From contig NMRA01000073.1 of assembly GCA_002633005.1 (NCBI GenBank), positions 644,150 to 708,149 on the forward strand: DNA of 64,000 nt, read 5' to 3'. Source of the stretch: Phoronis australis (lineage: Eukaryota; Animalia; Phoronida). Positions within the stretch are counted from its first letter, which is position 1. The number at the start of each line of letters is the position of its first letter. This document shows positions 49,601 to 61,600 of the stretch, one piece after another. Made by a program: the position numbers and the translations under genes. The notes beneath the pieces were generated by a model. The model had not been told where the DNA came from. It searched no databases and saw only the letters and a program-made list of their open reading frames with translations.

Positions 49601-52600
49601 CCGTACGACGAACTACAAGAGAGCACGGCAACACACAATGCTGTTAGTAGGACACACAGTCAAGGAAACTCAAGATTGATAAGGCCAGAAAAAGCAGTTG
49701 GTTTTGGTCTGTACCCAACAAAGCTTGAGATCTGCAATCACCAGTGACAAAATAAAAAAGATATTTGCAAAGGTCTGCACACAAAAAGGCATATAAGCAA
49801 GATTTGAAATGCCATGATTTGCAGCATTTCTGCTTGTCTCAGATAGGCTCTTTTTTGGAAAACCAAGCAACTGTTTGACTGACATGATTTTCCAAAAATA
49901 AAAAATGATCAGAACCAACTATGCTTTTTTGGCCACGTCAGACGATTGTGTCTCAAATGTAAAGAAGACAGAGAACCAGACAACTATGTATAGACTGAAA
50001 TACAAATGAGCCAAAATGACCTTGATCACATAAGTAACACAACGAATTACGGTTAGATAAAGGTATTATTAACCTAACACTTTGTTGTGCTTGACGTGTG
50101 GACACAATTGTCTGATCAAGCCAGTGTTTACAAAAAATGAGAGCAACGAAAAGCATTGAAATGCATCCACTGCTGCACCGCAAACGCTATGACAAAAGAT
50201 GTAAAAAACTATGTTTTCGCCATCTTGAATCAAATGCAGCATGGTGAAGATCTTTCAGTAGATGACAAATCTTTCCATGAGATCACCCTCAGGGTATTTT
50301 CCGAATAGAGGGGTCCCAAACATAAAACCGAAATGACATTTTTTGCAAAGATACTGACTGTTATTCAACAACTACAGTAATTGGTTATCATGCAACAGCG
50401 AATAATTAGAAAGTAAGGAAATATGACCCATTCTCTAGACAAAAGTGCAACCAAATAGAATTATACAGAGTGACTGGGATGTTTTCTTGCACGGTCCCAA
50501 CAATACTGTTAATGCAGAGGCAGGACAAACTGACTGACGGGTGGAATGTCGGACCAATTTAAGATGCAAGTCATACAATGCAATTAAGACACCTGTGGCG
50601 GGTTGCATGAAACAGTCCCAAGTTTCCTAAATCTTTTTCAGTTTTTTTTTTCGTTCTTTAGGCACTGATGTAATATTTTTTATATAATTTTATCTTCATT
50701 GTGAGCTCTTCTTTGACTAATGACTTTTTCTAAGAAAACTGAGCCCTTAATTCAATCAAAACAGTTAGGTACTTAGTCCTTAAATGATTGGGGCCATTGC
50801 ATGAAAAGATCCCTACTTATTTTCAATAACATTGTGAATTGAATCTAGACTTCACTCTTGGTTTGTATCAAAGCCAAAAATTGGCATAATAATTATTCTC
50901 AAACAGCATAAGATAGGACAATCAGTGTTTTCACAAGCCCGCAAATACGCAGTAGATTTAGGGACCTTAGTTGAGTCTCTATTTGGGACTGTTTCATGCA
51001 ACCGGGCACAGGATTACTTAGTACAGTTGTAGCTATGAAGCGATTCTTGCCTCAGTTCCGTTTGCAACGGTGCCCACTCCCAAGGAGTCAAAAGGTACAC
51101 GGAAAAATGACGAGCAATAACATGATTTCTCAATAGCAGCCAGGAGATGCAAATGTTAGGGCTAAAGCTACAAAATTTATAAACAACGATGCACACTTGG
51201 CATGCTTATGGTGAGTTAGGCGCTTTGAAATCAACTCTTATCACCTGCATGCAGCTGGATTGTGCTCAGATTTAAGAAAATCCATGCAAACTACGGAGTT
51301 ATAACCCAGTTATAAGACAGTGTTCTATACTCACCCTTTTCTTTAGCACCCACTGTCTCCTTCTCCTGAAGTAATAATAACATATAAGTAATAATAATAA
51401 TAACAAATAATTAAAATAAGTACTTATTATAATGACGAATAATAACGGGGATTCTGAATTTCCACAGGAGTCATGGTGATATGCATAAAAACAATACTCT
51501 GACACATAATATCACAATCTACTGGACTGAAGGGTGCCAAGGTCCTGCCAGAATAATTAAATGTTAGTTCACATATGACAAAAACTGTCTCTGACTTATG
51601 ATGAGTGGGGTTACAATTGGCCCAAATTACAGATGCTCCAGGAAGTTCAAAGGTCAAAAAGTGGCAACCTGCTGTTCCAACGGATAATCTAACTGTTACA
51701 GTAACCTTGGTTTAAAAAGACTAACTAAAGGTAACATCTCACCATTTAAGTGAATTCTATTTTCTTATTTTTTTTTAATAAAACACTTCACCGAATTCAT
51801 GCTTTTCCACATGCAGTTCCATAGCAACCACCAGTCAATATTTTGAAAAAGTGTGGGTATTAACAATGATCATGTAATAAGTCTGAAAAATACAAAAAGG
51901 ACAGTTTTGGCTGTTACATTTCACTGCAGTGAATTCTACTCAGGAAATGCATATTTTGTGATTGCTCATTTTTAAACCTAAGATCTTCCCCTGGATTCTC
52001 AGCTGTCTGTGGACATTGAACTCTTCGAACAGAGTTCTACAGTGAATCACAAACAGCTTGCACAATGATGGATTGATGGATGGACAACATTTAATCTAGA
52101 CATTGTAAAATGAAAGGAAAATACTTAAACTAAATATCTCACAAACAAAGTAACCAAGCAACTAAAACGGTTGATGTTTAAGCTGCTATTAACTGCCTTC
52201 CGTCAACAATACAACTTTTGATTTTGACCATTTAGTGTACAGTTAGTTATCAAACTACTCACATCTTCTTCTTTGCTCAGACTGAAAATGATTTCTAAGC
52301 TTGGGAAAATTGACAATTCATGATTGCTCGATACCAGGTGCCAGTCTCATGTAAAGTGACTTTTATCACTTAAGACAGAAATTAAAGCCTAACTTCCACT
52401 GAATTTTGTTTTATTGGGCTAACCAGGTACTCCTAGCAAAGCCTTAGCAAATAAGACAGTGCGAGTTTAATCCTGCAAATGGGTAGGCCCATCAAATGCC
52501 TTTTCGTGCCATATCGTGTTACCACAAGATTCCTGCACAAACAAAAAAGGTCGATAACAGTTGTATTGAATAGGGGTCTGAATAAAACACCATTGCATGC

Positions 52601-55600
52601 TGGTGTTATTTGCAACTCTTTGAATTAAAAGGTGATTCTCGCGGTGACTTAGACAAAAGCAAACCAACATGCCTAACAGTTCGTTACACTTGACAATTTA
52701 TGGAACTAGTGGGCTCAGAGCAATGCTCCTTATAAGCTGTAGGATCCAAATATACAAGACAAAGTGTTACCGTTCAAGATATGCTTTAAAGCTAACGGTA
52801 ACACTTCACAGTAACTGAATAAAGGTTTAGCCAATGTTAGTAACTACCGTAATGGTTCGGGTTAACGCCCATGCTCAGTTAACCGCCCATCCCCGACTTT
52901 AAGTAGATTTTCGATTTAACTGCCCACTGCTCGGTTAACCGCCCTCCCCCGATTTTTTGGATTCGCCAATTTAACCGCCCAGGACGTTAACCCGAACGAT
53001 TACGGTAATAGCACATCACAACGTAGAAACAACTGATATGTCATTATCTTGTCAGTACCAAGGCGTAATGGGAATATTCTCAGAAACTTTGTATTTTTGT
53101 CTGGTTATATTTTAACCAGTTCACTTTTTTAACATTTTATTGTCTCCCTGTATGAAAACTCAACCATTAAGTTGGTGCAAGACCTGTCCTGGCTATACGA
53201 CATGCAAGTTTAATTTGCATAAAGTTCATTAAATGTGATTCATGCAAGGTGTTGTTTTAAGTACAAAAATTTAATATGGAAATGTTTCAACGTTAAAACG
53301 TCAGTTGCTACATTTCGCTCTATAGAAAAAACACAGGATTGAGTTCATGTGCTTAAAATTGTCCTAGCTACTTTTGGTCTTACGACCTTTGATAAACTTG
53401 GTTGTAGATACATTAGGTTTCAACAAAAAACTCGTCAGACAGATAAAGTGATTAAAGATAATCCAGTTTTGTTACAGAAGAGGATAATTGTGAAAAAATC
53501 AGAAGAAACTGATCAACGTAAATCATGAGCAAATGACAACCAAAATCTTTTGCTTCATAATTTCACCATCTTGTTCTGACCCGGTGCTATTTTGTCATTT
53601 CACTTTTTAAACCTATCGTATCTGCTGAAGTACCAGACATGGAAAATGCAGGTGACAACATTATACAGTTTAGGTAATTTTGTCTTAGGAGTGAAACATG
53701 TGCGGCATCAGAAGTACCCTTGGCTACTGAATGCCATAAAAGGCTGATCGAAAGAGAAAACAAAATATCAGTAGCTCAAAACTGCTAAGAGTTATTAAAT
53801 TGCTTTGTACAACCGTTGGATATATAAATAGGGATGAAGCAATACACCGAACAAAAAAATTAATCATGTTCATTCTCAAAAGGACATATCCTGGGTTACA
53901 AAACCTCACATTCTAATAAATAAAAATCACAACGTAAAAATAAAGATTTTAGTACTGCTAAAAAGGCTACAATAATGCGCAACATTAATAACATTTTCTA
54001 AAAATAAAAAAAATAAAGTAAACCAAAAAGTACAGATTCTCTGGCAAAACGGACATAACAAATAAATCAAGACAGTATACTAGACATCGTCAGCTAGTGT
54101 CATTAGTGGAACAACGACTACAAACAATTATTGTCAACTACTCACATTACCAGCATTGGAATACATCCGGAACTGCATGTTGACAAAATCAGTAAATGAG
54201 ATTTTTAGAAAGAAAAAAGAAAACATTCAATGGATTCTGGACTATATTGCAACAGACATTGAGTATTTCAACTTAAGTGTACAAAGTTCTGCAATTTTAA
54301 CAGTCTCAGATGAGTGAAAACTGATGGAAAAAGTTGAATATCACCGACGTCTATTCCTGACGTAGATATCAAAAGGTTTCTAGCACTACACATCTAACGG
54401 AAACTCTAAAATGACTGAAATGAGCAAACAGAGAAAAACTTGAGAATGATGCTAACCACAGAAAGTTAAAATTTTTTAAAGTTTGAGTCGGAAAATTTGA
54501 TTATCATATGCCCACTGATATTTTTTCCAGTGGCTCGCTATGATACAGTAAAGTCACTTCTAAGTAAGCGATAAGTGACAGGCTAGGTAAAATCATCAAC
54601 CATCTATGACAAAATTCAAGATCTGACCAATTAAAGGTTGCAGAAACTGAGACTGTGTTACACGGAGCTGAGAGACAAAGGCAGAACATACAAGTGAGAA
54701 GAGATGCAAACCTGACAGATCAAGATATCAGAAGAGAAATATGGGTGTTGGTATAATATAATGAACTACGGAAAGATACCTCAGGGTATGTCCATAGTCG
54801 TATAACATATTAATTCTGTGACATTATGAAGAAGTGTTTCAAGAAGACTGCACACTCAGATAAAAAATACGACAGATGTGCAACAAAGAAAGATTAAATG
54901 GGCAAAAAGCCAACAGACCCATGTCAACATAAGACACATAACAGCAACAAAACATTCAGAGAAAAGTCAACAAATAACTGCAAAAGCCCCACTTTTCGAT
55001 AAGGGCCACAGCAGATAGAGAGCTATGAACACATCTGCCAACTTCAACTGAGTGACAGCTCAGCCAGCAGCTCATGTCAAGACGAGAGCTATGAACACAT
55101 CTGCCAACTTCAACTGAGTGACAGCTCAGCCAGCAGCTCATGTCAAGACGAGAGCTATGGAATGAACAAGTGGCTTATCCGTTCTATTGTTGTTCGTATT
55201 TTCATGCCTCAATGTAAGCTGCCGGCTCAACTATCGTTCACTTGAGGCATACAGCTCAGCCTGTAGCAGTCCGTCTACACTGGACTATAAGACAGGATCA
55301 CTCTGTAACCCAGTACGTCACGACACTAATTTAGGAATGGTGGAAAATACGGAATGGGCAGGCTTTATACAAAGTCAACTAGTAAGATGGCAATGACGTC
55401 ACGCAGTACACATAAATAGAGTAAACAACCCAATATTCAAATTGTTGCTACGTATCAGGTAGACCACTAAACAGCAATTAAGTTTATTAATTGACATTTT
55501 AAAGACAGTTGTGAAGAACAAAAAGTATTTTTAATGCTTGAACAATTGATGAGCCAGCTACAGAGTGAGAAATTTCAAGTGAGAAATCATGGTACATGAG

Positions 55601-58600
55601 TACATAGAGTGTACTGCATCAAAGATATAGAATGATCCTAGCTGGTATTACCCGATGCATAAGATAGTGTTCAGAAGAGTGCATAGCCTGGTACCCATTC
55701 CGTAGATAAAATACATTCACAAAAACGCAAGATCACGCAAGTCTTCGCAAGATGTTGCCATGCATTACAGGCAATGCATGTGACCACAGCAGCTTTACTC
55801 GTGAGATTCTTCTGCCTCTAATTCCTCACAATGTCGATTTGTAATTTCAGTGACAACAATTATGAATATAACAAAGTACACAACAAGACAAAAAAACACC
55901 AAGCAGTGCATGAACAGACGACAAAATGGTGGACAACGTAATACGTCAAGGAAAGCGGGTGCAAAAACAAGATGGACACAGTGGCGCAGCACACCTGACG
56001 CTCCAGTATTCCTGTGAAGTTAGTGGTAGCTGGTCTACGAGGAAGTTTGGGCAAGACCAAGGGTGGCTCATCCACACACATAGATAGGCTGCGATTGGTT
56101 GTTGGACACCGCTCTAACACCTAAATGTGAGTCATATCAAGAAATGCACAATTGGTAGAGGTGACTCTTTTAGTTAGTACAGCAGACATCACTGTAGCAA
56201 ACACCATGGCTGACAAGCACTTAGTTTGTCAAATTTCTCAACAAAGAGAAATGAAACGGTAAATTTTTTGAAAAGCAGTAACACTGTTAATAAGCAATTA
56301 GAAAAAGAACAATAGTTGACATTATTGTCCAAAAGTAAATCGAAGAGGTTTACTAAGTAGGTAAAGGAGGTGAAACTAGTGGGTGAGGCAAACCTCCGAT
56401 TGTTTCCAATATGTCAGGTTTACGCAAATTACATGCAATCGTTGTACCTAATGGCTGCTAAAAATAGATATCAGCTAAATCTCATGAGATTCACCAAGAC
56501 ACGAATTAGCTATAATATTTGTATAAAATGACCATGAAGGTCTTAAGGAACTCTGAGCTCAGTACACACAATCTATAAATTGAGATCAAATTGAATAACA
56601 AATGAAGACGACGAAAAGAACCTGGGCAAATAAGTCTCAAAAATATTGTTCCCTGAATTTTATTCTTAATAACACAATGTCATCAAATTTTGTGTATCTA
56701 TCGATCACGGTACCACCATGATAGTATTTCTTTTTCGACAATAATTTTAAGACAATCATACCAATGACTGTACACACTCAGTAAATAGTTGTCATTAAAA
56801 TTTACATTCAACCACCATGCGCGCACCCAGCCTAAAAATAGGGGGGCCCGAATTTTCCAGTATCTGGAACTTTTACTGAAAAAATAAAAAGGGGTACATT
56901 CGGAGCTATGAATAGTGCATTCGCCGAATTTCGGCACCGCAGTTCCTGCCTTTTTAGTGAACTTTTGTCTCATTTTCTACTTTATTGGACATTTTGTTTC
57001 TCTGAGGAGGACCTTTTTGCCAACTTCGCCCCTCCCTGGTTACGCGCTTGACCACTAATAAACAACATCTAATGCTTTTGTCACAAAAGCCGCAACAATC
57101 ATGGCCGTGAAAATACACTTACCTCAGGTGGCGCCTCATAGATGTCCTCGTCATCCAGAAAGAGACCACTGTTTGAATAGTTTTCTGGGATAGCGTCAGT
57201 CGAGTTGTTTTCGGAGGGAGTGGGTAAACGGGGAGTGTGGTTACTACTGCAATATTGAACACATGCGACTCGTTAGAAATGCGATCACGTGTCTCTGAAT
57301 ACATCAACATAATGTGGGTGGAATGAAGATGGGCAGTGAGTGAAAGTCAGGTAATAGCTGCATATAATTTAGAAGCAAGAGATTGGCTGTCAAGGAGAAG
57401 AATAAAATGCAAAAAGGCAATAGTTAATAAATGGTGATTACAGAAACTAACAGTATCTACAAATCAGAAAGATGCTCTCACAACTATGTATAGGAAATCA
57501 GTTACATGACTGGGTAATGGTTGGATATAACATGCATGTATTTTGAGAACCAGTTTTCTGTTTACTGAAAAATGGGCATCAAACTGGTTCTGAAAAAAGG
57601 GCCCATTATAGCTGACTATTGCCTATGACTGTTTCAGAAGCACGAAACTGGCTGTAGAGATTAAGATACTAGGTAACAGGACAGGTTATATTGCAGCCAG
57701 TTATTCTGGCAAGTATAGGCAGTCAATCAACATATTAAGGAAATTGACAGGACAGGAGTAAAGATGAAGGGTATTGATAACAGAATAAGGCACTAGGGCA
57801 GATCAAGATAAACACAACCACCAGAACTTAACTAAAAGACACTATGACAAGTTCCTGCCAATGCACACCCTGACCTTGAGCATTTTGCACACATCAGAGC
57901 TGGTTAGTATTTAACTCCATTAATAACCACAAAGATCTTGTAGATAATGTTACATTGTTTAATAACTAGTCGAAGAAAGTGTCAGAGAAAAAATAGACTT
58001 AAGACACAGCTTTAAGACTCTAGATTTTTCACGTGACTGTTTTTATGATCGTAAAGTCCACGAAAGGTGCATATTTGTAGACAAAGTGTGGAATTTATAA
58101 CCAAAGTTAGACTGAAAACCCTTGGATCCAGTCCTTGTGTTTTTCTGTGGTTGCTTTTTTGAGTGGTGCATTCAAGTGACACTGGTGAGCACTAAAAAGT
58201 GATGGGACTGCGCTAGTTAAAGTTTGTTTTTGGGAGACTTTTCAGTTGTCTCAAACTGCAAGAACGCACAATCATTTCACATTACTGTAGTTCTTCATTA
58301 TAGAATAGCTAAATGTGCAAGAAAGCAGAAACACACAGTTGAGAAATCTGAACCTCTTGGCAAATCAAAGTCGTCACAGAGCTTACTTGGTTATATGGTT
58401 CATTGAAAGTCATAAGACAATGTCATAACACTTTACTTTTAAATGCGAATAGGATGAAAATAGAAAAAAAGTGACGGTAGATTTCTTAAATTTTTTCTCT
58501 TACATCAAAAGTTGTATACTATTGGAAAGAGATTCAATCCTCTGGTAAAGTGGATGTTGTTTTTAAGTTATCTTGACGCAACACAAATTATCAAAAATGT

Positions 58601-61600
58601 CACGTATCTATTAATTAGTATTTAAAGCTTCGGTGTCTCATCAAGCCGCACTTTCGCTTGACTTTTTCACTTGGTGAAAGACCAGTGAATTTTGGCAGCT
58701 CAGCTAATCGTTTCTCTTCATCAAGTGTCATGGGGTTCTCAGTGGCAATTTTTGACCTAGGAACCCAAATGTTTTCGTCAGAGTTTCGCCGAGCTCTTGA
58801 TTTGAATGTTGGCGATGGAGGTTGCTTTGAATCCTTGGTTAAAAACAAATTACCCACAGACTTTGAGACATCTGCACTAAGCCGCTGGAGTTGACTTTTG
58901 GTATGCGGCGTTTCTGACAAGAACATGCATGATTTGGACAAATCCAATCGCAATTTATTTTTTACATTTTTCCTTTCTGAAATTGTCTCCATATGTTCAG
59001 TGGCCTTGGAGCAGAATTTTGCAGACTCCGCATTAGAAATGTCAGGAAAGCATTTCTTTGGTGGTGAGAAATCTAATTCATCAACGGAAATATCTTGCAA
59101 GCTTTTTTCAAAATTTTTTTCGTAATATCCGGAATCTGGGGAACTCTCCGGGGTCGGAGGTCGTTGGTGCTGCCTGTGATGATGATGCATCATAGGACAC
59201 GTGACTCTCGACATTTTCGTTAGAGTTACCCCAGGCACAGGTGCGTAAAGTCGGCCCGGCTCTGACTTGGACTTATTCAGATTAAAGTTAGATTTAGATC
59301 TAGTGACTGTGAAACTAGGTGACTTAAAGCTAAATCTAGAACTAGATGGTTGTGGAGATGGTGTTGGGGCACTGTAACGAGAAGTTAACTTGTTAGTAGG
59401 TGTGGGTATAGAGGCAGAAGGGAGGGAGGATCGAGACCTGAAATATGAATGATGAAGAAATCAACAGAACAGCAGCTTGATTCAGAAAGAAGCAGAAATT
59501 GGACACAGATTGGAATTTCACCACTCCACATTTCACAGTTCAAACTACAAAAATTTGACACAATCACTCAGTTACAATGTAAACTAGTTTAAGACAACAT
59601 CCAGAAAACACAAGACATCTGCCAGCTGTGAACATGTGACTCTTTAACATTGTGAGAGTACAAAAAGCTATATTTGCTTGATCCACTTTCAATGTCTAGA
59701 GAGCAATTTCTTTTATTCAAGGACATTTTGCCATTTTTTCACGGACCCTAATGAAGATTCCACTTCACAACAATGCTGATTTGAGAGCAGGATGACCTCA
59801 AAGTGTAAGAGTATAGAAATACAGTGAAATCTCTCTGTTCAATATTCTCCACCACCAAGAATATTGAATGTCCTTTGGACATAAATCACATTTCACATTT
59901 CGCTATATCACAAAATGACTACAGGAAATGCGCAAAAATTGAAATCAAAATATTTTAATTCAAACTTAGCTAGTACATATCTCAGCAAATGAACAGAATC
60001 AATTAAAAAGGCAACATCTAAAATATCTGATTTCACCATCAAACGACATGTCCTCGACATGCAAAATGTAAACATCAGAACTCTTGTGCTGTACTCCAAA
60101 CAATTTTTGAAACTTTAGCAAAACAGGATTTCATAATTTCAAACAGGAATTCATGAAAGCATTAAAAGATATTTTTTGAGATCACATAAATGCTGCTACA
60201 AAAACAATTTATTCCAGTCTGCAGTTGATAAGTTTTGTTTTTTGAAAGGAGCCTGTAAAGCACTAGCCTTGTAACAGAATTATTCCATATCAAATACTAC
60301 TGGCCAGGGACATTTGCTGTTGCCCAAGCCAAACACACGCACGCACGCACACACACGCACACACACACACGGACACATAGAGAACACGTCTACCACTTAA
60401 GACACTTAATACATGGACACATATGGAACACTAACACACAACACACTTAATACGTGGACAAACAGGGAACACTTGTCTACCACATACGACACTTAATAGT
60501 TATATCCAACATTGGCCACACAGGGAACACTAGCACACAACACACTTAATACCTATATCCTACAGAATGCGAGGAAGATACTGACTGTCTCCCTGATTCG
60601 TAAGCAGAGTCACAATTTGACCGGTCAAGCAGATGAGACATCTGTGAAAATCCGCTGATTGATCGACTGTCGACTTTAGGCTGCAAAAACAAAAGTCAAC
60701 TCTTAAATTATTTAATTTTTACAGTGCGTATACAAAATTTTGACAAGTGCAATCATAAGCATGAAATTAAGATTAAGAATAAGTGTCATCTGTGAATTAT
60801 GTCGATAAATTGCTTCCCAAGCACTGTCTGAATGCTAAAAACGGACGCCATGACCAAGAGGTATGTCTGCTCATGAGGACGGATTGATGTTGAAGGCAGC
60901 GTTGTTCAGCTGGATTTAACAAGGGACCGAACACGTAAAATTATGGGCGAGCTTACTTAAACAACTTTCAATCGGCAGCTATTTAGAGTTAATACAATGT
61001 GAGAGCTTACTTTAACTTTACGTGTCATTATGCAATTTAGATTGCCTGGAAAACTATGTAATACTGCCGAGCGGTATATCTGCAAATACGGCGAGCAGAA
61101 TAGCATGATGGGTAAGTGACATCAAGAGCATGAACTCATGAACACTACATTTCATAATTATGCCTGGGCAACTGGTTCACAGAGCCACGCGGTGAAGGTA
61201 TGGCTCCGTCAAGCCATAGTGATTCTCACTGTGTTAAAGAAAATAATTTGTACAACTGAATAGTTACACATTGGACGCACTTGTTACACTGCACTTGTTA
61301 CATTGTCTTAGAGTAAGAGGCTCATGAATAGTGTTGTATTTGAGGCAAAGGTAAGTATTGTATTCAAGGTGGAGGATTGGAATTCGAGATGTGCGGGTAT
61401 CGTATTCGAGGTTGGGATATCATATTCGAAGTGGGGTGTCATTTTCTAGGTAGGAGCTTGTATTCAAGATAGGGCATCGTATTCAAGGTATAGGTGTCAT
61501 GTTTGAAGTGGGGGTGTCATACTCGAGGTGAGGGTGTCGTATTCGAGGTTAGGGTGTCGTATTTGAGGTTGAGTTGTCATGTTCGAGGTGCGAGTGTTGT

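Noticed and set aside
54956-55141. ORF with a repeated 22-aa Cys/His unit
   Set aside because: Simply the translation of the 66-bp tandem duplication; no splice signals or domain support.
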